Shown: positions 9,161 through 18,585 of the stretch, piece by piece
Layout: the number at the start of each line of letters is the position of its first letter
Position numbering within the stretch: the stretch's first letter is position 1
Source of the DNA: Thermoplasmatota archaeon
GTDB lineage: Archaea; Thermoplasmatota; Penumbrarchaeia; Penumbrarchaeales; Penumbrarchaeaceae
Direction: 5' to 3'
Assembly (NCBI GenBank): GCA_965234725.1
Contig: CBDDUX010000108.1
Coordinates: 1-31,295, forward strand
Length of the DNA: 31,295 bases
Notes under the pieces: model-generated
The model's input: the letters and a program-made list of their open reading frames with translations, nothing else
Databases searched by the model: none
Told to the model about the DNA's origin: nothing
Translations under genes and position numbers: made by a program

Positions 9161-9763
9161 TCATTTTTCATTTTCCAGTTCTAGAATGGCCGAGACCAGG
9201 GTAGGGATCCTTCCCTTGATCCTTACAATGAGCTCATTTCCATGCTCCACAAGAGGTGGTATGATGAAAGGTAGACTCTCCCTGTTGAAGATATGGAGGG
9301 GGACCTCGATCCTCTCAGTTCCCAGGAACTCAACGACCACCCCCCAATCAGGGATCCTGCCCGAAGGATCCGTTCTAACCGATCTGATCGTGGAGAATTT
9401 CAGACCGTTTCCGTTGGCAAGGTTCCTCAATTCCGAAGCCGTGACGATATCCATGCACCGTATATGAAGGAGGAGAGGCTGAACAAGAAGATGAACCTGT
9501 CCGGACCCATCCCATTTTCCAAGGGCATCCAGGACCTCTTGGGATGAGACCGTCCGATGCCATTTTCCAAGGACCGTGGAACCCAATTTATCTCCTGGTT
9601 CCGGAACCGATATTACCATTATCCTGCCGGAACATGAAGAGGTCGTCACCGCACATGGGAGCTTGTTTATCGCCTCCAGCAACGGGACGACCTCCGGATC
9701 GACGAGTCCCTTCATTAAGGCATCATCGAGTTTCCTTAGCGTATCTTGCTTCAGATCATCCAA
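9161..9763 (-). CDS. taw3: tRNA(Phe) wyosine-derivative N4-methyltransferase Taw3/TYW3
   Basis: Signature VD...PLL..IN...TTSSCSGRI, KWH, PLLLHI; length typical of archaeal Taw3. Confidence 0.9.
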   Translation of the reverse strand: MDDLKQDTLRKLDDALMKGLVDPEVVPLLEAINKLPCAVTTSSCSGRIMVISVPEPGDKLGSTVLGKWHRTVSSQEVLDALGKWDGSGQVHLLVQPLLLHIRCMDIVTASELRNLANGNGLKFSTIRSVRTDPSGRIPDWGVVVEFLGTERIEVPLHIFNRESLPFIIPPLVEHGNELIVRIKGRIPTLVSAILELENEK

Positions 9764-9768
9764 CTGAA

Positions 9769-12747
9769 TTACTCCTTTGGCAGGTCCTCTGGGATCTGTT
9801 CCTCCTCTTTTTTATATGCCATCATGAAATAGGCAATGAGGACCACCGCGATGATCAGGATGACAACCACCACCAGGATGATCAACCATCCGGCACCTAC
9901 GTCGTCCTCACTGTCATCTTTCCCACTTTCCACCTCAAGTGTAAGCGAGTAGGTTTCCATGGTATTCCCTGCGAGGTCCTTCAATCCACCGATCGAGATG
10001 ACAGCTGTTCCGGTATTCATCTCCTCATTCAGAGTGATGATGACCTTGGTCCCGTCCTCTGAAAGGGAGAAGGAAACGTTCTGTGTTTCGTCACCAACCG
10101 TCAGCTTGACATCACCTGCTGTCACCGCAGTATCAAAGGAGGCCTGGGAAACAGCTTCTGACAGACCTATCTCGATGGTATCATTGTAGAGGACCTTGGA
10201 CCCTTCGCTAAGTGCGCTTCCACCAGTTGATGCTCCGGTGCCCGAAGGTGCAGAAGTGTCCGGTGTGATGGTGATTGAAATAGTCTTTGTCACCGTTCCA
10301 CCAATATGGTGCAATGTCACAGTGATATCTCCAGTGATCTCGGTATTGGTATCTTCTGCCATCACACCAAGCTTTACATCGCCCTTGATGAAGACGGTCT
10401 GGGGATAGACCGATACCTGTGCACCATCAAGAGTTGATACTTCAAGGGACATGTATGAATCCCCATCGACCTTGAGGTTGACGGTTCCGGAACCACCGGA
10501 TGCTACAGAAACGGATCCATCTCCGGTCAGTGTCGGGACAACAGGTTCTCCTTCCTCTCTGAGGTGGACGACCGTTAGATTTCCCGAATATCCCACGATC
10601 CCGATCTCGTTCCCTTCTTTATCGGGGATCAGGTCTCCGACCCTTATCTCATGGCCCCTTGCGGTGTCCAGGAAAAGTTCCTTTTCAGCTTTTCCGGTTC
10701 CGAAGGGATCGGAAATCTGCATCAGTCTTCTTGAATATCCGAAGGTATAGAGTTCCTGTCCAGGTATATCCGGATCGACATCTCCGGTCCAGACACCCCT
10801 GTTCTTGTCGGTGTCCTGGAAGATGACGGTATGGATCCAGCTGGAACCGTCCCATTTGAGACCGATGACGTCTCCGGTAGGAACATCACAGCCAAGGTAT
10901 ATTTCCAGGCCCGGATCGGGATCGACATTGCCAACCGCAACCCTTGCCAGAGGCAATCCGCTGAAAATTGTCTCGGCTGTCCAATCACCGATTGTCCCGT
11001 AGACGAGGGTCGCATTCCCTGACTTTGAAACACAGACCACTTCGTTTCCGGGATGGGTCGGTAGAAGATCGGCTATGACCGCTTTCCTGACATTGTGGGA
11101 ATCCTTGAACAGGAGCTCACTCTGATATCCTGTCCCGTTCCACCAGCCGATAACAGAGGTATAATTGAAGGTCGTGTATATTATCTCCACTCCAGGTCTT
11201 GTCGGGTCGAGATCCCCCACATCACATCCATGTATCAGCTTTTCGTCCGTATAGGCCCTCTCCGATTTCCAGGTTGAACCGTCCCTGTAAAGGACAGTTG
11301 CGGTTCCTGCTCCAGGATTCAGATCCTCTGTGCCTGAAGAAAGTCCTACAACAAGTATCTCATTTCCGGTTTTATCCGGTCGAATGTCACCTATGGCCGG
11401 TGTCAGCTGCTGACCAGGTGACTGCCAGACCTTTTCATTTTTCCATTGGCCGTTTTCGAGGTAGTTTAAGTAAACGCCTCCATCCCTGGAAGTTATAACG
11501 GTCTCAAAACCAGCTTTATCAGAATATACCTCTCCGATAGCCATACCATCGATCGCATCGGTTCCGATGAACGGATGGTCGTATACCCATTCTGAAGGGT
11601 ATACCATTGTCATATTGTTAGAATATCCGACGATCGCGATCTCGTTTCCTGGAATATCGGACCTCAGGTCCCCTATCCTAATCTCATGACCCCTTGCGGT
11701 GTCGAGGAAGAGGTCCTTGTAGTTCCATCCGCCTGCGAAACTTCCGGTTATCTGAACAAGTCTTCTTGAGTATCCGAATGAGTAGAGCTCGTTTCCGGGA
11801 ATGTTCGGGTCGACATCTCCGGTCCAGACTCCTCTATTCTTATCAATATCTGTAAAAACGGCCCTCTCGACCCATTGTGATCCATCCCATTTTATTCCGA
11901 TCACGTCACCGGTCGGGACATCACAGCCGAGATATATCTCCAGGCCCGGGTCGGGGTCCACATTGCCCACTGCAACCCTTGCGAGTGGTAGATCGCTGTA
12001 GATGGTCTCTACTGTCCAATTGCCTGCGGTTCCCCATGCAAGGGTGGCCTTTCCTGATTTGGATACGCATACGACCTCATTGCCTTCATGAACATCCGTA
12101 AGGTCCGCAATGATAGCTTTCCTAACATTGTGTGAATCCTGATAGATCAATGAATTGTTCCAATGGTCCGTGTCCCACCAGACCATCAAAGCAGTATAGT
12201 TAAAGGTGGTCACAACAGCTTCCAGGCCAGGAAGGTTGGGGTCCAGATCTCCTATGGCGCATCCGTGAATAAGTTTATTATCTGTGTATGCCCGATCCGC
12301 TGTCCATGAGGATCCCTCTCTGTAGATCACTGTGGCAGTGCCGTCACCTGGATTATTCTCCTCATCCCCGGAGGATAGACCTACAACAAGGACCTCGTTT
12401 CCGGTTTTATCAGGTCTAAGGTCCCCTATGGCCGGGGTCAATTGCTGACCGGGAGACTGCCAGATCTTCTCCTTGATCCACTGGTCGTTTTCATAATAAA
12501 CAAGGTATACTCCACCATCCCGGGATGTGATAACGGACTCACTTCCGGGTTTATCCGTATAAACATCCCCCACGGCTATACCATCAAGGGCTTTGGTCCC
12601 CAAGAATGCGTAATCATGTTCCCATATGGTTTGATCTGAGGTCGATCCGGTTGTCGCACCCTGCACCTCATCTTCGGTCTGGATGAGGGTCCATATGGTC
12701 AAGGTCATGGCGAACGCTAATAGAATTGCCCCTCCTTTTCGATACAT
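9769..12747 (-). CDS. Membrane-anchored surface protein with two tandem FG-GAP-like 7-blade beta-propellers and an Ig-like stalk
   Basis: Signal peptide; 14 GD(L/V)xxxxxGxE-type repeats in two 345-aa units; GLKDLAGN Ig-like motif; C-terminal TM helix plus KKEEE tail; SD GGAGGT upstream. Confidence 0.85.
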   Translation of the reverse strand: MYRKGGAILLAFAMTLTIWTLIQTEDEVQGATTGSTSDQTIWEHDYAFLGTKALDGIAVGDVYTDKPGSESVITSRDGGVYLVYYENDQWIKEKIWQSPGQQLTPAIGDLRPDKTGNEVLVVGLSSGDEENNPGDGTATVIYREGSSWTADRAYTDNKLIHGCAIGDLDPNLPGLEAVVTTFNYTALMVWWDTDHWNNSLIYQDSHNVRKAIIADLTDVHEGNEVVCVSKSGKATLAWGTAGNWTVETIYSDLPLARVAVGNVDPDPGLEIYLGCDVPTGDVIGIKWDGSQWVERAVFTDIDKNRGVWTGDVDPNIPGNELYSFGYSRRLVQITGSFAGGWNYKDLFLDTARGHEIRIGDLRSDIPGNEIAIVGYSNNMTMVYPSEWVYDHPFIGTDAIDGMAIGEVYSDKAGFETVITSRDGGVYLNYLENGQWKNEKVWQSPGQQLTPAIGDIRPDKTGNEILVVGLSSGTEDLNPGAGTATVLYRDGSTWKSERAYTDEKLIHGCDVGDLDPTRPGVEIIYTTFNYTSVIGWWNGTGYQSELLFKDSHNVRKAVIADLLPTHPGNEVVCVSKSGNATLVYGTIGDWTAETIFSGLPLARVAVGNVDPDPGLEIYLGCDVPTGDVIGLKWDGSSWIHTVIFQDTDKNRGVWTGDVDPDIPGQELYTFGYSRRLMQISDPFGTGKAEKELFLDTARGHEIRVGDLIPDKEGNEIGIVGYSGNLTVVHLREEGEPVVPTLTGDGSVSVASGGSGTVNLKVDGDSYMSLEVSTLDGAQVSVYPQTVFIKGDVKLGVMAEDTNTEITGDITVTLHHIGGTVTKTISITITPDTSAPSGTGASTGGSALSEGSKVLYNDTIEIGLSEAVSQASFDTAVTAGDVKLTVGDETQNVSFSLSEDGTKVIITLNEEMNTGTAVISIGGLKDLAGNTMETYSLTLEVESGKDDSEDDVGAGWLIILVVVVILIIAVVLIAYFMMAYKKEEEQIPEDLPKE
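10555..12624 (-). repeat. Intragenic tandem duplication, period 1035 bp (345 aa)
   Basis: Units start at W codons 12624 and 11589. Example match: ACATCACAGCC at 11918 and 10883 (offset 1035). Confidence 0.9.
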
Positions 12748-12796
12748 ACAATACCTCCATTGGTAGTTATTCGATATCCACTATTTTTTAATTACA

Positions 12797-12916
12797 GAGC
12801 CTGTCCGAGAAATGACTTTCATTCACACGGAGGGGTAACTATTCCTTGAAAAACGGGGAGTTTGAAGGTTGAATATACCCTCCGATGAGATTGTTTATTA
12901 TTTCTCGGACACACTC
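12797..12916. mobile_element. 120-bp MITE with 17-bp terminal inverted repeats and 4-bp TACA target-site duplication
   Basis: Left TIR GAGCCTGTCCGAGAAAT (12797-12813); right TIR reverse complement GAGTGTGTCCGAGAAAT (12900-12916), 15/17 match; TACA at 12793-12796 and 12917-12920; no transposase. Confidence 0.75.
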
Positions 12917-12976
12917 TACAGTTAATTTAATACCGGTTCATTTTGAAATCGAATTCTTGAAATACCCTAACATGTT

Positions 12977-13013
12977 AAAATAAAATAAAAAAAAGGGGGT
13001 GTTTAGCACCCCC
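12977..13013 (-). terminator. Hairpin plus U-tract terminator of the 1020-aa surface protein gene
   Basis: GGGGGTG-5nt-CACCCCC (12995-13013) followed on the minus strand by TTTTTTTTATTTTATTTT, 15 nt after the stop codon. Confidence 0.8.
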
Positions 13014-13028
13014 GGATCGGTTATTGTA

Positions 13029-16000
13029 TCACTCTTCGAATCCGCCGTCATCTCCCTTCTTCCTGATAAGCAGGAACAGGATGATGAGGATCACGAGTAC
13101 GACCACCGCTATTATAATGAAGAGGAGCAAGTTGCTATCGTTTGTTTCCTTGTCCTTTTTCTCCTTCATAGCAGGTACAGTATCTCCTTCCCATTCCAGG
13201 GACTCATAGCCGGTCTTCTCGGCCTTGAACTTCGCCCCTGCGGGGAAGGTGGTTCCTTCCAGTTCAGTGAAGGTTGCCTTTCCATCAGCGTCGGTTGTAG
13301 CGGTGTATATATTCTCACCAACGGTCACAGTTACGAAGACACCGGGGATCGGGTTTCCATCCTTGTCATTGATGATCAATGAGGGATGTTCCACTACCGG
13401 GGCAGTATACTCGTAGTAGACAAGCTCGTAATCCTTGTTGACACCTGATGCGGAGTTCAGTGTGAATGCGTCGAACTCCTCAGCCAGGTAACCGCTCTTC
13501 TCATTCAACACGGCTTCGTCAGCCGCTGGTGGGTATACCGTGATGGTGTATGGGCCGAATGGCATGCCCAATACTTTGTAATATCCGGTTGAATTGGTTG
13601 TGCGGTTGGTATATCCTTCCGTTGCATTCACGATGGAAACTGTGGCCCCTATCATCGGCTGTCCGTCCTTGGCACCGTCCTTGTAGGTGATCATACCGGT
13701 TATTGGTCCGGTGGTAGGAGCGGGAGGGGTATATTCGTAATATTCCAATTCGAAGTCCATTTCAAGCATGCCCGTATGATTGAAAAGGTCCGATAGATAT
13801 GCGATATATCCGGAAACCTCCCCACCATCGATGACAGCATCCTGTGGGGTTATCCTGAAGGAGTAGTTAACACCGAATTCAACATCCTCGAAGAAATACA
13901 TCCCGGTCTCGTTGGTAGTGAATTCTGCGATCACGACCATCGATCCGTTGAGAAGGTGAACGGTCGCGTTGGTGGCGTTCATGCCGTCCATGGGTCCTCC
14001 ATTGTAGGTGACCATTCCATGGATGTCGTCTGAGATGTAGATGTATTCATAGTACTGGAGCACCACATCATTTTCGGTAACACCGTTATGGTCGAAGGTT
14101 AAGGACTTTTCCAGGTAACCGGAAACGGTTCCCATGTCAACTAAGACATTGTCAGGTGTGATCTTCAGAGTGTAGCCGTTCGCGAATGGAACATCCTCGA
14201 AAAGATACATTCCGTCGGTTCCGATATAGACCTGATCGATCTGGACCATTGACTGGTTGTACAAGGTGACCATGGCATCTGTTGAGTTCATACCGTCCAT
14301 GGGCCCTCCCTCGTAGGTGATCATGCCCGAGATATCATCACTGTCATAGCTGTAATAGTTCAAGGAAACGTTCATCATCATATCCATGTAGTGATCGAAG
14401 GGCCCTGTCCAGACCAGGTATCCTGAAACCTTCCCCCCATCCTGGACATAGCCGAAGGGATATACTGTCATGATGTAATTATCGCCGAAGGGGACCTCCT
14501 GGAAGTCATACATCCCGCTGACGCCCGTTGTCATATTGGCCAGCTCTGCTCCGGTGGAGTTATTCACAACGACCATGGCGGCTTCCGCTGCCATTCCGTC
14601 CATGGGTCCTCCCATGTATTCGATCATTCCCTCGATCGTTCCGTTCACTGGTGGATTTGTTGTATTTGCCACAACAACACCATCGGACATGAGCCCGTCA
14701 TCGTCCACGGAGATCACCTGGAAGCTGTATGTAGTATCCGGGATAAGGGCCATGTAAGGGAATATTCCGGGAATTGTGGTGTTGAAATCCCACATCATTC
14801 CGGATCCCGAGTTGACCCATACCTCATAGTGATCGATATCCAAAGCAGGTGAGGCCTCGAATGACAGGTCTATCTGCTCATGAGAGATCGTAACCGCTTC
14901 TACATTGACTGCCTCTTCAGGTATGTCGAAATCGGACAGCACTACATCCAGATCATCGGAGTTATTGGCATCAATCATGATGTTCAAACCCACCGGAATG
15001 TCGCCATCTGCATAGAAGAGGGTGAGGTAGTTGTTACCCCACTGAGGTGTGTTCGAACCATCATAGTACTTCTGCAGGCATGAAATGGAATCCACCATGC
15101 CATCGGAATCAGAGGTGAAGTCATCACCGCCGAAGAACGGAGTGGAATAGACCACACCTTCCATCTGGTCCTCCAGTTTTACTTCGACGTTTTCTACACC
15201 ATTTCCTTCCTCGTCATAAACAGTGAGGAACCTGTCATAGAATACTCCGAGCACGGCATTCGCTCCAACGTTGACATCGGTATCCGGAACATCCGTATCG
15301 AATGTCATGAACCTTCCGTCGCTTATATCTATGAAATCATCACCGTGCATCTCCATGAAGCCAGAGGCCATCATGAGGAGTTCTCCCTGACAATGGAATG
15401 TATCGGAATTAGCCCCCGTTGCCATGATAGATGAATAGATAACAAGTACCCTTGTATTTTCAGTGTAGGTTGCCACTCCATGGGCAGAATCTCCCTGGGA
15501 GGATATGTCCAATAATAACAGGTAGATATCTGTAGCCGAGTACAACTTGATGGCATTGTTGCCGTCACCTTCCGCATGTACGATAAAAGGTGCGGAGGTG
15601 AACCAATCTAGGTCCGCTGTCACATTCTCCGAGCTATCTATGTAAAAACAACCATCTGTTCCTCCCTCTGACCACAGTGTCAGGCCCTCGAGGGTGATGT
15701 TGTCAGAATCGTAGATCCTCATCGCCTGGGAATTTGTGCTGCTGATGTTCATGTTGGTTATTGTAACATTTGTGACACTTCCCAGATAGAAGGTCATCAC
15801 TCCTGAACCGGTGACATTGACCCCTTTGGTCGAGTTTCCCATTATCGTTAGGTTGCTGGTGGTTATCTGGACATTTTCTGAATAGGTCCCATTGGCAACT
15901 ATGATCATATCTCCATCATTTGCGTCATCCACAGCATCCTGAATTGAAGAATAGGTGGATCCTGAGGGTGAAACGTATCTCGTGGTGGGAGCTATTGGAG

Positions 16001-16091
16001 CATCCGCACCGGTGTCTTCTGCGACCAGTAGAACGGCTCCCATCATTGATGCCAGGAGCAGTAATACGACCGCTAATGTTCTGTATCTCAT
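13029..16091 (-). CDS. Large acidic cell-surface protein: beta-helix, FN3-like domain, 4 beta-sandwich repeats, TM anchor
   Basis: Signal peptide; YSSIQDAVDDANDGDMIIVANGTYSENV (pectin-lyase-like beta-helix start); LIPDTTYSFQVISVD (FN3); four I.GM(I/V).Y.GG..DG repeats; TM helix plus RKKGDDGGFEE. Confidence 0.85.
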   Translation of the reverse strand: MRYRTLAVVLLLLASMMGAVLLVAEDTGADAPIAPTTRYVSPSGSTYSSIQDAVDDANDGDMIIVANGTYSENVQITTSNLTIMGNSTKGVNVTGSGVMTFYLGSVTNVTITNMNISSTNSQAMRIYDSDNITLEGLTLWSEGGTDGCFYIDSSENVTADLDWFTSAPFIVHAEGDGNNAIKLYSATDIYLLLLDISSQGDSAHGVATYTENTRVLVIYSSIMATGANSDTFHCQGELLMMASGFMEMHGDDFIDISDGRFMTFDTDVPDTDVNVGANAVLGVFYDRFLTVYDEEGNGVENVEVKLEDQMEGVVYSTPFFGGDDFTSDSDGMVDSISCLQKYYDGSNTPQWGNNYLTLFYADGDIPVGLNIMIDANNSDDLDVVLSDFDIPEEAVNVEAVTISHEQIDLSFEASPALDIDHYEVWVNSGSGMMWDFNTTIPGIFPYMALIPDTTYSFQVISVDDDGLMSDGVVVANTTNPPVNGTIEGMIEYMGGPMDGMAAEAAMVVVNNSTGAELANMTTGVSGMYDFQEVPFGDNYIMTVYPFGYVQDGGKVSGYLVWTGPFDHYMDMMMNVSLNYYSYDSDDISGMITYEGGPMDGMNSTDAMVTLYNQSMVQIDQVYIGTDGMYLFEDVPFANGYTLKITPDNVLVDMGTVSGYLEKSLTFDHNGVTENDVVLQYYEYIYISDDIHGMVTYNGGPMDGMNATNATVHLLNGSMVVIAEFTTNETGMYFFEDVEFGVNYSFRITPQDAVIDGGEVSGYIAYLSDLFNHTGMLEMDFELEYYEYTPPAPTTGPITGMITYKDGAKDGQPMIGATVSIVNATEGYTNRTTNSTGYYKVLGMPFGPYTITVYPPAADEAVLNEKSGYLAEEFDAFTLNSASGVNKDYELVYYEYTAPVVEHPSLIINDKDGNPIPGVFVTVTVGENIYTATTDADGKATFTELEGTTFPAGAKFKAEKTGYESLEWEGDTVPAMKEKKDKETNDSNLLLFIIIAVVVLVILIILFLLIRKKGDDGGFEE

Positions 16092-16097
16092 CTTTTT

Positions 16098-16219
16098 CTA
16101 CCTCCTTCCTAGTGTTATTGGAATCTCGGGTAAATTTGGTCCTATCGGTGATCCCATCCCTTTTCAGGCCGACATTCTGTCCTACCCGTTGTCATTCAAA
16201 ATTTTGGCAGTATATAAAA
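16098..16219 (-). promoter_or_regulatory. TATA box and Shine-Dalgarno of the 1020-aa gene
   Basis: Minus-strand TTTTATATA at 16211-16219; AAGGAGGTAG at 16098-16107, 6 nt before the ATG. Confidence 0.6.
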
Positions 16220-16270
16220 CTATCCCATGTAATCCTCATTGATCAAGTGAAATCCAGGCGTATTTTTCCT

Positions 16271-18517
16271 TTATTCCTCTTCAATCGGTGGTTTTTTTCT
16301 TCCTATTATGAGGATCGTTCCGAATACAAGTATGATTACGATCATGCCGATCAGGATCCAGATCAGGAGCATGTCGTCGGATCTCCCCTTCTCCTCTCCC
16401 ATCTTGGGAATTCCTTCACCTTGGTCCCATTCGATCGTATCGTAACCCTCAAGCTCTGCTTTGAATGAGGCTGTTGCCGGGAAGATCGTACCATTGAAAT
16501 CGGTGAATTCAGCGATGCCGTTCTCATTCGTATATGCAATGAACGTATCACTTCCGATCTTGACCGTTACCTTCACATCCAAGATCGGATCGTTATCCTT
16601 GTCAATGATCGCAACCTTCGGGTGTTTTTCAATGGGTGAAATGTATTCGTAGTACTTCAGTGAAATATTGTAGATAGTGTCTGTTGTATGATTGAAAGAG
16701 GAACCATCCCAGAGGAGGTATCCGGTCCTTTCATTGTTGATACCAAGAATATCATCCGAGGGGGTCGCCTTGAGCTCGTATCCCTCTCCGAAACTGATGT
16801 TCTCAAATGTGAAGTTACCTTCATCATCGGAGAGGACCACCCTAAAGAGAGCTCCTGTCAGATTATATAGTTTCACAGTTACATTGGAAGCCCCTCCTCC
16901 ATCATGGGGCCCTCCACTGTATCTGACGGTTCCTGAAATGGAACCATCGACAGGAGGGATGTGGTAATAATAGGGAACTGAAACATCTATCTCCGTATCC
17001 GGATACGATTGACCATATCCTGTTGGAGGATGAGCAAACATCTGTGTCCAGATGATGTATCCGCTCTCACTTCCATCGATCATAGCCCAATCTTTTGGAA
17101 TGATCAAGAGTGTATAGTTATCATAAAATGGTATATTTGGAATATGGAATGTACCATTTTCATCCGTTGTTATGTTCCAGACGATTAGGTCCTCTGAAGG
17201 TACCTCGGAGATCGAGCTGATCACCTGCAGGCCGGTCAGGTCAATATCCCGCCCCAACCCTATAACAGCTTTCGATACGTTCGATCCGTTCAAAGGTCCC
17301 ACCCCATAGGTGACCTTACCGAATACAGTCCCGTCAGTGTACCAGAGGTCCCTGAATTCCAATACGATGGGGTACTTGTTTGAGAGATCGATATCATTCA
17401 CTACGATAGTTCCGTTCATATCCGCATCGGGATAAAAAGCTTCCAGAGAAGCCGTTCCCGAGGTATACGGGAATCCGCCTCCGGTCTGATTGAAGAACAT
17501 CAGCTCCATCGGTGCGATGAAGCGCCCACCGCTGGAGGAGACATCGTCCGATCCTCCGTAGTATGGGGTCCTGTATTCGGCACCAAGTTCTGATGTTATG
17601 TTGATCTCAACCCCCTCTGTAGGGGTCATCGATCCATTCCTTTCCTCCTTCAGGAACGTCAATTCCTTCCTGACATAGGCCTTTACCGTGTCGTTAACCG
17701 AACCAGAGGTGATGTTGACATCCTCCGGATCGAAAAATGTGTCGTAGGTTACTACACTACCTCTCTCCATATGGAGGAATTCATACTGGTAGGTGGCGGA
17801 CACGTTATCGATGACAAGGTCCAGATCATCCTCTGCCCTGAATGGAACAGAAAACTCATGGTCCATTCCTATGGTCCCGTTCTTGATCGTAATGTCACCG
17901 CATCCCCCATCAAAGCTGAAACAGTCCCTGACATCATCCGCCTCTATCTCAAATCCATCGATGGTAAGTCTATCGACATCACTTATCTCGATCGGATCCC
18001 TCTCGGATTGCGTGATTTTCATTCCTTCGATCATTATATCGAAACAGTCTCTGATATAGATCCCGTCACCTGAATCCATGGACAACTCCAGGTCCTTGAA
18101 CGTAACATTGCTGGCATGACTGCACATAAGCAAGTAGATATGACCTCCCTGGCCAACGATGTTTATTCCGGTGATATTGATCCATTTGCCGGATATCCCG
18201 ACCACGGCCTCATTCCCAGGGAACAATATGTTCACTTCACCCTGAGATGAATTCCCCACGATGTCAATTGAATCACCTATCAGAAGAAGCCCGTCAGTGT
18301 AGTTCCCGGGACCAACGAATATGGTATCTCCCGCTGAGGCGTTGTCCACTGCCTCCTGAATGGAGGACCATGTTGATCCCGTTTCAGAAACATAGAGGAT
18401 GTTCCCCTCTGCTCTTGAGGCCCCTTCTGCAATATTTTCTTCGTTGATATCGAGATAAATTATCGTGATCAACATGAAAGCACAAAGACTGGCAAGGACC
18501 GATCTCAATATATGCAC
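16271..18517 (-). CDS. Cell-surface protein, paralogue of 13029-16091 (beta-helix, 2 repeats, TM anchor)
   Basis: WSSIQEAVDNASAGDTIFVGPGNY; TPYYGGSD vs TPFFGGDD; shared HP....DKD..PI..V.VTV membrane-proximal domain; TM helix plus RKKPPIEEE. Start may be TTG 18508, which follows GGGGTG. Confidence 0.85.
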   Translation of the reverse strand: MHILRSVLASLCAFMLITIIYLDINEENIAEGASRAEGNILYVSETGSTWSSIQEAVDNASAGDTIFVGPGNYTDGLLLIGDSIDIVGNSSQGEVNILFPGNEAVVGISGKWINITGINIVGQGGHIYLLMCSHASNVTFKDLELSMDSGDGIYIRDCFDIMIEGMKITQSERDPIEISDVDRLTIDGFEIEADDVRDCFSFDGGCGDITIKNGTIGMDHEFSVPFRAEDDLDLVIDNVSATYQYEFLHMERGSVVTYDTFFDPEDVNITSGSVNDTVKAYVRKELTFLKEERNGSMTPTEGVEINITSELGAEYRTPYYGGSDDVSSSGGRFIAPMELMFFNQTGGGFPYTSGTASLEAFYPDADMNGTIVVNDIDLSNKYPIVLEFRDLWYTDGTVFGKVTYGVGPLNGSNVSKAVIGLGRDIDLTGLQVISSISEVPSEDLIVWNITTDENGTFHIPNIPFYDNYTLLIIPKDWAMIDGSESGYIIWTQMFAHPPTGYGQSYPDTEIDVSVPYYYHIPPVDGSISGTVRYSGGPHDGGGASNVTVKLYNLTGALFRVVLSDDEGNFTFENISFGEGYELKATPSDDILGINNERTGYLLWDGSSFNHTTDTIYNISLKYYEYISPIEKHPKVAIIDKDNDPILDVKVTVKIGSDTFIAYTNENGIAEFTDFNGTIFPATASFKAELEGYDTIEWDQGEGIPKMGEEKGRSDDMLLIWILIGMIVIILVFGTILIIGRKKPPIEEE

Positions 18518-18585
18518 CCCTGATACGGCCGGTCAAGTGGGTCGGACCGTATTTACCGTTTTCCGTCTTAAGTGAGGAGTGAACA

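Noticed and set aside
12797..12916. Integron attC site or known riboswitch
   Set aside because: No RYYYAAC/GTTRRRY ends bound the hairpin and no aptamer consensus was recognised; TIR plus TSD fits a MITE better.
18523..18552. Small hairpin ATACGG-CCG...CGG-A-CCGTAT between the reductase and the surface protein gene
   Set aside because: Short and imperfect, with no U-tract on the coding strand; it could be a processing or stability element but is unsupported.
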